DNA of 63,604 bases from Macrostomum lignano (taxonomy: Eukaryota), in the NCBI GenBank assembly GCA_002269645.1, contig NIVC01002900.1:67280-130883 (forward strand). The letters are read 5' to 3'. Within the stretch, counting starts at the first letter, position 1, and each line of letters begins with the position of its first letter. Below are positions 46,501-58,009 of the stretch, in pieces. The notes under the pieces are model-generated. The model had not been told where the DNA came from. It was given only the letters and a program-made list of their open reading frames with translations, and did not search any database. The position numbers were made by a program, and so were the translations under genes.

Positions 46501-49047
46501 GCTGGTGATGGGGGTGATGATGGGGCTAATGATGGGGCTGATAATGGGGCTGATGTTGGGGCTGATGATGGGGCTGATAATGGAGGTGATGATGGGGCTG
46601 ATGTTGAGGCTGATGATGAGTCGTGAAACTCATTATTCGCAGTTTTGGCTGCCTCAATCTGTCTATAAGCTAGCTGAATCAAGCAAATGTCAGCTTAAAA
46701 AACCGCTTGCAGAAGAAGTGCCTCTCCTGCGTCTGCTGGAAGGAAACCAGCACAATCGTGCTGGGCACCCGCTCCGGCGAAGTAATCATTCTTTTCGAGG
46801 AGAATGGCAGCCTAATCGAAGTTTTTAAGGAGAGTGTCGCAGCGCATCGCATCGATGCTATTGCTATGTCACACGGTGAGTGAATTCCACGGGGTATAAC
46901 AAAGTGCTTGCTAGCGATAAGGCAGTGGAGTGAGTTGACTGGACAGGGGCTTGTGACGTGGTGGGGCAGGGAGTGAGGTTGGTGGGGCAGGAGTGAGGTG
47001 GTGGGGCAGGGAGTGAGGTTGGTGGGGCAGTGAGTGAGGTGGTGGGGCAGGAGTGAGGTGGTGGGGCAGGAGTGAGGTGGTGGGGCAGAGAGTGAGGTGG
47101 TGGGGCAGGGAGTGAGGTGGTGGGGCAGGGAGTGAGGTTGGTGGGGCAGAGAGTGAGGTGGTGGGGCAGGAGTGAGGTGGTGGGGCAGGAGGGAGGTGTA
47201 GGGGCAGGGAGTGAGGTGGTGGGGCAGGAGTGAGGTGGTGGGGCAGGAGTGAGGTGGTGGGGCAGGAGTGAGATTGTGGGTCAGGAGTGAGGTGGTGGGC
47301 CAGGAGTGAGGTGGTGGGGCAGGAGTGAGGTGGTGATTAACTGCGTGAGACAGTGCAAACAACTGAGGCCACCCACCCTACCAGACAAGCAAGCAATCGC
47401 CGTAGGCTCCTCTGACGGCCGCGTCCACTTTCTGGAGCTGCAGCCGGACCCGGCGGACCCCGGCATGAAATCGTGGCGTCGGCCCGAGACAGCCGCTGCC
47501 AGCAACCTGCTGGTCTTGCGCCGAGGCGGTGTTGAATCGCTCGACTTTGCCAATGTCACTTTCGAGGGCTCTCGACTCCTCTGCGCCAGCAACTCGACTG
47601 GAGAGGTCGCCTTCTGTGAGTTCAATAGCATTGCTATGCACTTTTATGAACAATTTCATGACAAAATATCATTCACCCGAAACCCCAGGTGATGCCACTC
47701 ATTATCACCTGGTCGTGGACGCTGAGCGATTTAGAGACGTTTCCTGGAAAAACTGCAGCTCACTGTTTGCGTACTTCACAGTTGGTGAGTGGTTTTTTGC
47801 AGCTCGCTTTGTATCAAACCTGTTGCCATGGTAACTACATGTAACATAAGACTAATCCCAGTGAAACTTGAACCAAAGTCAATTAACGCTCATAGCTCTT
47901 GGGTTAGCCAGTCGACGCCTCGAAAGTTGAGCCTTTTAAAATTTTTAATTCTACGCTCGTACAAGTATTTCATTATCGATGAAAAAAACTTTTCTGTAGA
48001 TCAGTAGCTTCTGCCAAGATCTGGCATCAGTTCACTGGCGCACACCTGCTTAACTTCCTTCAAAGGTGCCTGGAATTCGCCTCTGCTTGACCCGCCGTCC
48101 GGTGCACGGATTTGCTCGACCGCGGTGTCTCTGAAGGCTAAACTGCTGGCCGTCGGACTGAGCAACGGTCGAATTCTGCTGTACAGATTTCCCTGCGTCA
48201 TGCCCGCAGTGAGTGCCTCCTGTAGGCAAGGCCTTAAAACACGTGACCACAACTAAAGCTCTGTAGAGAGGGACTGCAGTCACGTGACCGAAATTAACGC
48301 TCGGTAGAGAGGGACAGCAGTCACATGACCACAGCTCAGCTCTGTAGACAAGTCACATGACCACAGCTCCGGCTCTGTAGACAAGTCACATGACCACAGC
48401 TCCAACTCTGTAGGCAGGGCACATGACCACAGCTCAGCTCTGTAGACAAGTCACATGACCACAGCTCCGGCTCTGTAGACAAGTCACATGACCACAGCTC
48501 CAACTCTGTAGACAGGGCACATGACCACAGCTCCAGCTCTGTAGACAGCAGTCACATGAACACAGCTCCAACTCTGTAGACAGGGCACATGACCACAGCT
48601 CCAACTCTGTAGACAGGGCACATGACCACAGCTCCAGCTCTGTAGACAGGGCACATGACCACAGCTCCAGCTCTGTAGACAGGGCACATGACCACAGCTC
48701 CAGCTCTGTAGACAAGTCACATGACCACAGCTCCAACTCTGTAGACAGGGCACATGACCACAGCTCCAGCTCTGTAGACAGGGCACATGACCACAGCTCC
48801 AGCTCTGTAGACAGCAGTCACATGAACACAGCTCCAACTCTGTAGACAGGGCACATGACCACAGCTCCAACTCTGTAGACAAGGCACATGACAGACTGCC
48901 CTCACTCCCCTACACAACCCTCAGGCGGAATGCCGGCAGATCGCCGCTCCGATTCGCCCGGTCCAGCTTCGATTTACTCGCGACGGCGCCCACCTGATCG
49001 GCATTGGCGGTAGCGACGCGTCGGTGGTGCAGTGGCGACTCGCCTAG
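43516..49047 (+). CDS. Echinoderm microtubule-associated protein-like (EML) HELP/WD40 (TAPE) domain exons
   Basis: Phase-consistent exons: 43516-43665, 43740-43914, 44526-44921, 45259-45500, 46259-46439, 46713-46875, 47385-47615, 47689-47784, 48066-48208 and 48925-49047. HELP motif LQLEWV|YGYRGNDCRNN; WD repeats (SIALHPDG.VATGQ, LVSGDSSGNVCVW, LLTGGRDGRLRCW, FVTAGFDG); C-terminus LYRFPC...IGGSDASVVQW*. Confidence 0.9.
44180..44490. repeat. 12-bp (ccctaaccatag)n repeat with 36-bp variant units
   Basis: Tandem array in an EML intron. Confidence 0.95.
45667..46220. repeat. 48-bp minisatellite
   Basis: Unit cttgatcggctttattgtctatggccgagagcagttgaagattcttaa, about 11 copies. Confidence 0.95.
46455..46620. 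repeat. 12-bp (ggggctgatgat)n repeat
   Basis: Degenerate array. Confidence 0.85.
46960..47335. repeat. 19-20 bp G-rich minisatellite (ggggcaggagtgaggtggt)
   Basis: Tandem array. Confidence 0.93.
48275..48892. repeat. 33-bp minisatellite (cacatgaccacagctccaactctgtagacaggg)
   Basis: Tandem array. Confidence 0.93.
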
Positions 49048-49559
49048 CAGAGCGATGGAGCGACGGTTGTCAAGGGAGATGTTGCTGACGAAAAACAATT
49101 GTCGTACCTTTATAGACCTTGATAAATACTTTGTCTGTTATTATATATATGCTATATATATATTTTGCACTAGAAATTTCAACAAAGGTTAAAAAATACT
49201 GAAGCAAAAAAGTGCCACTAAAAGTGGAGAAGTTTGAGAATACTATATATTATTGTATTTTGTGCAGGAATAATATGTTATATATACGTACACTGACAAT
49301 AAAAGTACAAAACTTGTACTTTTAAGAACTTTGAACTATGAAAAAGCAGAAAAGCTGTAACTTGAGGACACAAATTAAAAAGTTAGACTTGTTGAGTATA
49401 AACTACTGCCAGTAGTCTCTCCATGACACTCTGGGCAGTTATTCACCGAAAAATGTAATTACACTACAATAAGATTGAGCAATAATTTAAAGTGAAAGCG
49501 CAGTATTGATTTCTAAACTATGCCCGAAGCCTGAAGTTTTTTTCCTGTGACGTAATTTT

Positions 49560-49700
49560 TTCGGCTGTTGTTGTTGTTTTTATTATTATTAATGCTGTTT
49601 TTGTACTTGTTGCACTTGTTGTTGTTGCTGCTGCTGTGATTGTTGTTGTTGTTATTGTTATTGTTGTTATTGTTATTGTTGTTATTATTGTTGTTGCTGC

Positions 49701-49731
<31 letters not shown>

Positions 49732-50050
49732 AGTGCTGAGACGTTTTCCACCTGGACCGGTACCAGCCCCAGTACGCCAGGGCTGCATCCGGGTCTTCAT
49801 TAAGCCAGCTCAACTCGGACGCTTCGTACTGCCGGCGCATTCCCTCCGTGGCCGGGCAGGAGCAGATCACGTGCTCGACCGTCTCGGCCTCCTCGCCGCA
49901 GGTGTCTTTATCGATCTTCCTGATCCTATGGCGATAAGTCTCCAGCTCCAGCGAGTGTCCGGTGCGGAGCCTCCGGAAGCTGACACCTTCCGCCCGTGCT
50001 GCTGCTGTGATTGTTGTTATTATTATTGTTGTTGTTATTATTATTATTGA
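49560..50050 (-). pseudogene. 5'-truncated LINE 3' end with (CAA/TAA)n tail, embedded in trinucleotide repeats
   Basis: The minus strand gives RRLRTGHSLELETYRHRI...TCGEEAETVEHVICSCP (LINE RLRTGH and decayed CCHC motif), followed by an (aac/aat)n tract. Confidence 0.75.
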
Positions 50051-50076
50051 AGTACATAGGATGTTTCGGGGTTGCC

Positions 50077-51056
50077 TGTTAGGTCTTTGAATCCCACAGC
50101 TACCACCAATGTTGTACTTATGCTTCTCCTGTCTAGCACAGTGATTTGGGCTCTCCGTCTTCTCAACCGGAAGCCTTCTATTAGCTCTTAGTAGCGTAGG
50201 TAGTGCTGCCACCAGTTCCTTCAGGTCTCGGCCTTTGGTGAGGTGAGCTTCCCGTCGGAACGAAATAAACAAGTCAACGAACTCAGCACAGCGTGCAGAT
50301 TTGCAGATTAATGAACAAGGCGTCCTGGTCAGCAGATCCCGCCGGGCTCAGGGGTGGCTGGGAAGCCAAGTGTTAGCCTCCCTTGGGCTTTGGCGTCTAA
50401 GTTTAGTCAGGCCAATTACAGATAGCTTAAATGGGCAACTGAACGAAGTCTGGAAAACTAGACTAAAGAAGAACAATAAGAAGAAAAAGAGGCCAATAAG
50501 AAGACGAAGAATCTTTGACCGAACCAAGGGTGAGGGGCACGTATTTATAGGCAGGAAATCCCCGCTGCACCAGTGTGCGCCGGACCTCGTGACTCTGTTC
50601 TATTTTTAGAACTGACCTCACTCTCTGCCTTAGAGAAGGCAGGGTCTGCGGGTAAAGTGCACAGGGCCGCATGACTCAGTATCTATTTTTAGAAACATGA
50701 GTCACCTATTACCTTCGAGAAGGCAAGGGTCCAAAGCACGTGATTCCTCCCGTAAACACGGGCCAACGAGTGCAGTAAACATGTTTACTGCACTTTAGGA
50801 CTTCGAGAAAACAAGACTTGTCAGGTGACTTGCTCACATGACAAGGGAAACAGGCCGCCAGCGTGACCTCAGGACAGGAACGAACCGCAGAGCAGGCCAC
50901 AGCAGAGAAGCTCGTGGCTGCAAGCAAGAGCGCAGAGAAGAGGGGGGCGACAGAGAACAGACAGCAGAAGGGGAGGGAGGCTGCCCAGCGGCAGACAGCA
51001 ACCCAGGGCGAGGGCGAGGGCAAAGGAAGCTGCTGACAATAGTGCGACGCCTAACA
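50077..51056 (-). mobile_element. Candidate solo LTR (~980 bp)
   Basis: Termini TGTTAGG...CCTAACA, a TATAAATA on the minus strand near 50545, and internal degenerate direct repeats. No TSD was found. Confidence 0.4.
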
Positions 51057-51079
51057 CCAAACTAGTGGATCACTACATT

Positions 51080-51367
51080 ATTGTGATTTTTGTTGTTGCT
51101 GTTATTGTACTTGTTGTAATTGTTGTTTTTGCTGCTGCTGTGATTGTTGTTGTTGTTATTGTTGTGATTATTATTGTTGTTGTTGTTATTATTGTTGTTG
51201 CTGCAGCTGTGATTGTTGTTGTTATTGCTGTTGTTGTTATTATTATTATTGTTGTCGTTGTTGTTGTTATTGTTGTTGTTGTTGTTATTGTTGTTGTTGT
51301 TGTTATTGTTTTTGTGATTGTTATTGTTGATTTTTGTTTGTTTTGTTTGCTGTTCCAGCAGCTGTTG
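51080..51367. repeat. (TTG/TTA)n compound microsatellite
   Basis: Directly visible. Confidence 0.93.
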
Positions 51368-51961
51368 TGAAAACTTTGATCACATTTATATATCAAAGAA
51401 TTAGATCGGCCTCAGAGGAACAAACACTACTTGCCCAAGATTTAATTTCTTCCAAGAAACGGAAGTGTCCCGTTCATCTACCAGACTCGTCTTTTTATCA
51501 ATATTAGTCCTTGGGTCAGACAGAATCAGACAATTAGACATGTCAGTCAGCTTAGTTGCGTAAATCCGCTTTGCAGAATTAAATTGATTATTCCTAAGTG
51601 ATCTTCTCAGGTTTATCCATAGCAAACAAGCTTTCAGTCCTCGGGGGCATCAAATCTCCTAAGAAACGTGTCCTAAAGTGGCAGTTGCTAATTGCATTTC
51701 TGTTGCTAATGTAGAGCCTCATCGAAATTTTGTTAGCAGCTACGAGTATAAGCTGTACTTTTTAGGGTGAAAATGTTTTTTTCTATCAGTCTGGGAAATC
51801 TGTGATTGCGAGTTTTGCCTTCTGCCCTCGTATCCGCTTTTCGCGGTGCCAACGGGCGCACTGCACTGTAGGTGACTTTTTGCGTCACTTTCGTTGCTCG
51901 TGTGCTGGCAGTTCTCACACCAATGACCACAACGATCAGTTTGCCAAAAAGGTGTCCCGAG

Positions 51962-54900
51962 TCACGCCGGCCGGCCCTTGTACAGCATGTAGGTGAGCCA
52001 GTAGACCAGGTTGAACAGCATGAAGCACACCGGATAGGCGAACACGCACATGTTGTCCACTCGCTCCGCTTCGAAAGAGCCGCCGCCGCTGCCACCGCCG
52101 CCGCCGCCGCCTCCATCAGCGTTGCCGCCGTCTCTGTCTCCGCGAAAGCGCCGCAGCGGGCGGCGAATCTGATCGCCGCTGCACCCGTCGCCGCCAGCTG
52201 CGTCGCCACCGCCGCCGACGTGGTTGTCTCCAGCCGGCTGGTGCTTCTTTGATGCGGTCTGCTGTCGCCTGCTGCCCAGCAGGTTGCCGCCCAGTCGGGT
52301 CATCTCCCTGCGCATCAGGCCGCGCAGCTCGTCCCGTAGCTGCTGCTGCTCCTGCCGTCTGGCCAGCATGTTCACCAGCGCGAACTCCAGCAGGGAGGCC
52401 ACCACGAAGGCCAGACAGGCGAACAGCCACACGTCGATGGCTTTGATGTAGGAGACTCTGGGCAGCTTCTGTTAGTAGCAGAGAAGACACGGTGAAGGCG
52501 TGTTATGAAAGCGCAAAATCATAATTCCAGAAGCTATTCCAGAGAGGTATTGCAGAGAGCTGCAGTAACCTAAGCCTGTGATTGAAACAATGTAACCAGC
52601 AACAGCCCCGTTTAGCACTAGCAGGGCGTGCATAATTGCGGATCCCGCTCTAATTTAGTTACCGAGTTTTGCCCCAGGCATGCATTAATGCAGACTGATT
52701 TGATGAGCAGATTAAGGTAGAGTTGAAGTCAAGAATTTTTATGATTCAAAGGGGGTTACAAGGCAAGTACATTTTGCATAGAAGTAGTCTTTTGTCTCCT
52801 TTCTTTACACTTCCAGTGCTGGTGAGACCAGTTCCACACTGTCAGAGGAGAACACAACTCCCAGTGCTGGTGAGGCCAGTTTTACACTGTCAGAGGAAAA
52901 CACACAACTCCCAGTGCTGGTGAGACCAGTTCCACACTGTCAGAGGAGAACACAACTCCCAGTGCTGGTGAGGCCAGTTTTACACTGTCAGAGGAGAACA
53001 CACAACTCCCAGTGCTGGTGAGACCAGTTCCACACTGTCAGAGGAGAACACACAACTCCCAGTGCTGGTGAGACAAGTTCCACACTGTCAGAGGAGAACA
53101 CACAACTCCCAGTGCTGGTGAGACAAGTTCCACACTGTCAGAGGAGAACACACAACTCCCAGTGCTGGTGAGACCCGTCACTCAGTGCTGAGGCTGCTTC
53201 AAGCACAGAGCTGCGGTCGGCTTTTAAATCACTCTAGGCAGCTCAGCATCTCAACAATGTGGATCATTTTCTAGACAGCCAGGACACCGTTCACCCCACA
53301 GGCGATTCAAGCGCCTACATCTGAGTAGTTCGCAATCTCAATACAAATAAAAATTCAACGCAAAGGCATCTAGAATAACAAAGCAGTGATGAGTTGGGCC
53401 TGAGTATTCAAATATATGACATCTCTATGCTTATCAATTAGTTTGATGAAATATCCTATATACGATTGAGAATCGATCGCATGACCCCAATGATCCAGTC
53501 GAGTTGTGTCTTTCCTGCTCATAGTTCGCTGCAGGAAGTAAAATGGCAGCAGCATGACAGAACAGCTAAGAGGATGCAGATACATTTCAACCAAGGACTT
53601 CCGGGCTGGAAAAAAAAACTAGTTGACGATCGGTTTTTGCTATACAGAATGCATTAGCAAGATAGGATATAACTACCATTTTTGCCTCTTTCGTTACTTC
53701 CAAGCGTCAATTGAAGCTAGTGTGTGCTTGATATACGAGTAATACATGTATACATGTGCTTCCCACAGACCAGACTGGCTCGACGTGTCACCCGACTGCG
53801 TCCACAAGGAGCTGCGACGTCGCTGCGGACTTGCCGTTCGGCTGTACAATGCCGAGACTCAACCTCTGACAGAGGCGCACGAGGGGCGACTCCAGCTGGT
53901 AGGCCATAGCATCCACGCCGAGTCGCACGGACCACGTCCGGCGCACGAGGTGCTGCTGCTGCTAACGCTTCAGGCATCAACATTAGCATAAGCATTCGAC
54001 ACACTATTGAGCCGACCCGTATCATGAACCAACTAAAAGTACATTTGATTTCGTTGAAGTTCCGGTCGCTAAGAATTGCAAAAATTGCAAATTGCAAAAA
54101 GATAAAACAGAGAATTCAACTGTCGGATCGCTTAATCAGCTGAGCCATACAGTACGTTACATAGTTGGCAACTTTGTATAACATAAATAATCGGAGCTCG
54201 TCCGCTCCAACTCATTTCTACTAGCTAGCTTACTTATAAACTTACGCTCGTATTGCTATCTATACACGTACATTCTGGCAATTAATAAACGAGTTTAATT
54301 CTTGCCACCTTTCCGATTTAAAACAAGAGAAAATATTTAGACAATGGATACAAGATTCGACTTGAGCCGACAGTACATCCGCAGTCAAAGAGGTACACTT
54401 TGTGCCTTGGAGTTTTGCCCTCGATATCGGGCATTGTACACACTTTGTGTCTTGGAGTTTTGCCCTCGATATCGGGCATTGTTCACACTTTGTGCCTTGG
54501 AGTTTTGCCCTCGATATCGGGCATTGTACACACTTTGTGCCTTGGAGTTTTGCCCTCGATATCGGGAAATGTACACACTTTGTGCCTTGGAGTTTTGCCC
54601 TCGATATCGGGCATTGTACACACTTTGTGCCTTAGAGTTTTGCCCTCGATATCGGGCATTGTACACGCGTTGTGCCTTGGAGTTTTGCCCTTGTGTGCGA
54701 GAATTGCGCAAATTGATTTGGTCAGGCGCAGAATCAAACCTATGGACTTTAGCAGAAGAGTCAAACGTGCTACCGCTCCGACACTCAGATCTACCCGAGA
54801 ATAAATGTCGAGGTAAAAGGGCAAGTGTCAACATGATCGACACTATAGATGGACTCACAAGTTGAATCTAATTAATCGTGTCGCATGGCACAGGACTCGC

Positions 54901-57538
54901 CAGCTGGTGGTGCACTGACAGTGTCAACAAAAAACAAGCAACAAACAGCATGCTAGCGCAGACGCATAACCCAGGGACACTATAGATCCATCTGCATCTC
55001 TCTTCATCATCCATCTGCATCTCTCTTCATCATCCATCTGCATCTCTCTTCATCATCCATCTGCATCTCTCTTCATCATCCATCTGCATCTCTCTTCATC
55101 ATCCATCTGCATCTCTCTTCATCATCCATCTGCATCTCTCTTCATCATCCATCTGCATCTCTCTTCATCATCCATCTGCATCTCCCTTCATCATCCATCT
55201 GCATCTCTCTTCATCATCCATCTGCATCTCTCTTCATCATCCATCTGCATCTCTCTTCATCATCCATCTGCATCTTCCTTCATCATCCATCTGCATCTCT
55301 CTTCATTATCCATCTGCATCTCCCTTCATCCTCAATCAACCCTTATCTTCCAAGGTCCCGGGCTCGAACCTGCATGGCAGCAGCGGACTGAGTCATGAGC
55401 GCCAGAACGGACAGCAGGCCCAGGGTGATGCGAGCTGGCACGGCTCTGTAGTCAATCCAGAAGGAGATCCAGGAGATGGCGACAATCAGTATAGACGGCA
55501 GGTAGGTGTAGATCAGATAGAAGCCAAACTTCCGTACCAGGCAGAATTCCACAAACAGGCAGGTGAAGGCGCCGGTGGCGTTGTAGGCTTTGAGACAGCT
55601 GCCAACTCGAACTGAGGGCAGTTCGAATTTGTTTAGCATCATCTGACGGTTCAGCTTCACCGAGGGACCCTGGCGCATCCAGATGAATTGCAGATCTCTG
55701 ACTGAGAACCCATAGCTGCCAATCTCCAGCGGGCAGAGCTGGGTGTCCATTGGGAAGTTCCACAGCTGGTTGAGGGGGGGGGGGTAAACGTTGACTCAGA
55801 ATAAGTTTCTTTTTCTGCAACGATCGCGGTCAATCTGCGGTTTGGTCTCCGCATTTATATACTCGTAAGCATTCTATTCACGAAGGTCTTATGAGAATAA
55901 AAACTTTTTCACAAAAGAGATACTGATGAATTTTCCATAGATTGGAGTCTGAGAGTGTGTTTACTGTTAAAGATAGGATTTTATTGGTATTAGTTATTGA
56001 GGCTTGAGCTGCTAGATGGATTACGGGGAATTGAGTAAAGTGGAGCAAACTGTAATGGGATGGCAAGATACTGGAGTAAACTGTAATAGGATGGGAGGGC
56101 AAACAATTAGAGGGCAATTAGAGGGCAAACAATGAAATCGAAAGTAAGTCATGCCAAGATTTGAACATAGCTGTCAACAAGGGAAAAGATTTTAACATAC
56201 TTTGCGGAATCATAAAGTTTTATGCTACACCAGGCGACCCAAAGGCAGCCATTCTCAATTCAGGTCAAATCAGACCGTTTGCAATCTCACCTGCATCGGG
56301 CAGGCCAGTCTGATTGTTAGCTTCTGAGAGAACGTAATTAAGCCGTCGGGCCGCAGCCAAATCAGGTAATTTGGGGTCGTGATTACGTGCAAAAAGCCGT
56401 GCTTGGCGTTGCGAAAGAATAAATCCGGTATCCAGATCTTTTCCTTGAGGTAGCTGAGGCTCAGGCTGTGGTTGTAGCCAACAAACTGCAGTCTGGGGTC
56501 GCGCCACTTCTGGCGCAGCAGAATGTCAATGCTGTAGTCCATGTCGATGACGTTGATGCTGCCGAAGCTCTGCACGAACATGTTGATCTCGACTATTGTG
56601 GCCGCGCCTGAGTAGCCCGGCCTGTGGGTATGACAGGGTTTAGCGCTGCCTAGTAACCTTCGGGTTAGTAACCTGGTTATAGTAAGTAACCTTCTGGCTA
56701 CTACTCGTAACCTTGTTGGTAACCTTTCGGTTGGTAACCTCCTGGTTAATAACCTTCTGGTTGATAGCCTTCGAATTTGTAACCTTCCATGCAGTTAGTA
56801 ACCTTCCGGTGAATAGCCTTCCGGTTGGTAACCCTCTTGTTGGTAACCTTCTGGTTAGTAACCTTCCGGTTGGTAACCTTTCGGTAGTTAACCTGCTGGT
56901 TGATAACCTTACGGTTGGTAACCTTCTGGTTAGTAACCTTCCGGTTGGTAGCGTCATTACTGCGAGGCCATGTCCTCTTGTCCTCTTAAGCTAATTGCCT
57001 TCTAAATTTGGAGCTAAGCTTTTCGTCAAAATATCCCGCTGATAGACGCTTAACAGGACAATGGAGCCCCACAAAAGACAATTAGCCGTTTCAAAATGAA
57101 TCTACTTCAATGCATCTGTCCAAACAGATTTAGCGATCTCTATTGTCTATTCGCTTTAGACCCATGCGCAACCAGCTGCAGTCACCTGTGATGATTCTCA
57201 TAGTCATCAAGCAGCCGGTGAGCTATCTCCTCAATCGTGTAGTTAGCGTGAATCCGCAACGGCGCCCTGTTCTCAGAGCGCAGTCGACGGCTACTCGAAA
57301 TCACCTCCGATGGCGTTTGAGTAGCTGACGTTGGTGACGGCTGAGTTGTCGCAGCGTCCGTCGGTCGCCAGCCCGCGGCACTCCAGCTTCCTTGCTCGGC
57401 AGCTGCGTCAGTGGTAGCGTGCTGAGTAGTGATCTCGTCAGTTGTTTCAACAACCGTTGTCGTAAAGCTTTCTTCGGAGTGGCTGGCTGTAGTGAGGCGA
57501 AGCAGCAGCTGCAAGAGCAGCACCAAATTCTGTCGCAT
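51962..57538 (-). CDS. Anion-selective Cys-loop ligand-gated ion channel subunit (GluCl/glycine receptor-like), 4 exons, about 528 aa
   Basis: Phase-consistent exons: 57538-57186, 56621-56291, 55765-55370 and 52468-51962. Features: signal peptide, HHRP, WIPDLFFRN, Cys-loop CPMQLWNFPMDTQLC, loop-C disulfide CLKAYNATGAFTC, M1 YLPSILIVAISWISFW, PAR selectivity motif, M3 YIKAIDVW and M4 FNLVYW. Confidence 0.93.
52812..53175. repeat. 48-50 bp minisatellite (ccagtgctggtgagaccagttccacactgtcagaggagaacacacaactc)
   Basis: About 7 copies. Confidence 0.93.
53750..53985 (+). pseudogene. Second decayed RTE-like LINE 3' fragment
   Basis: Shares tacaa(c/t)gccgagac and gtgctgctgctgct..cgcttcaggca with the element at 2543-3250. 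Confidence 0.6.
54390..54692. repeat. 45-bp minisatellite
   Basis: Unit tgtacacactttgtgccttggagttttgccctcgatatcgggcat, about 6.5 copies. Confidence 0.95.
54985..55330. repeat. 23-bp minisatellite (catccatctgcatctctcttcat)
   Basis: Tandem array. Confidence 0.95.
56650..56950. repeat. Degenerate 15-bp repeat (aaccttccggttggt)
   Basis: Reverse complement related to the 58020-59195 array. Confidence 0.85.
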
Positions 57539-57724
57539 TTCGACCCGCAAGAGTGCAGAACAGAAACAGAAGTGAGAGCAGTGCTCAGGCAGTCTGCAGA
57601 TAGCACTAAGATCTATATGCTATGCAGTTTTGTTATATTATCAACTCGCAATCTTAGCGTTGATTGGCTGTCGGGCAATCGGCTTTTGAGCATAGGGCAA
57701 ATCAAGGGCCACTAGAAGTTACCG

Positions 57725-58007
57725 TTTTATCAGGACGTAACACTCGTCCAGGTTTCCCCATACTACTGGAACAATTTGTGTCCTTGAGCAAGACACTTAA
57801 CTCTGCATTGCTTCAGTTCAGCCAGCTGTAAAATGGGTGCCAGCATTAGCTGGGGTAATTGAGGGTGTGTGTGGCGACCCCCCCCAGTCCTTGGACTGAA
57901 CAGCCGTACGCAGCCTTCAAATGCGCCACGCAATAGCTGCGGCTGAGCTGTCGGTTGCACATCTGGCCCAATTGGGTCAGGTGTAATCAATTATTATTAT
58001 TATTATG
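57725..58007 (+). mobile_element. SINE with CORE/V-type central domain and (TTA)n tail
   Basis: tgtgtccttgagcaagacacttaactc...cagctgtaaaatgggt resembles the conserved CORE-SINE central box and ends in attattattattatt. A tRNA head is not clearly recognisable. Confidence 0.65.
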
Positions 58008-58009
58008 AA

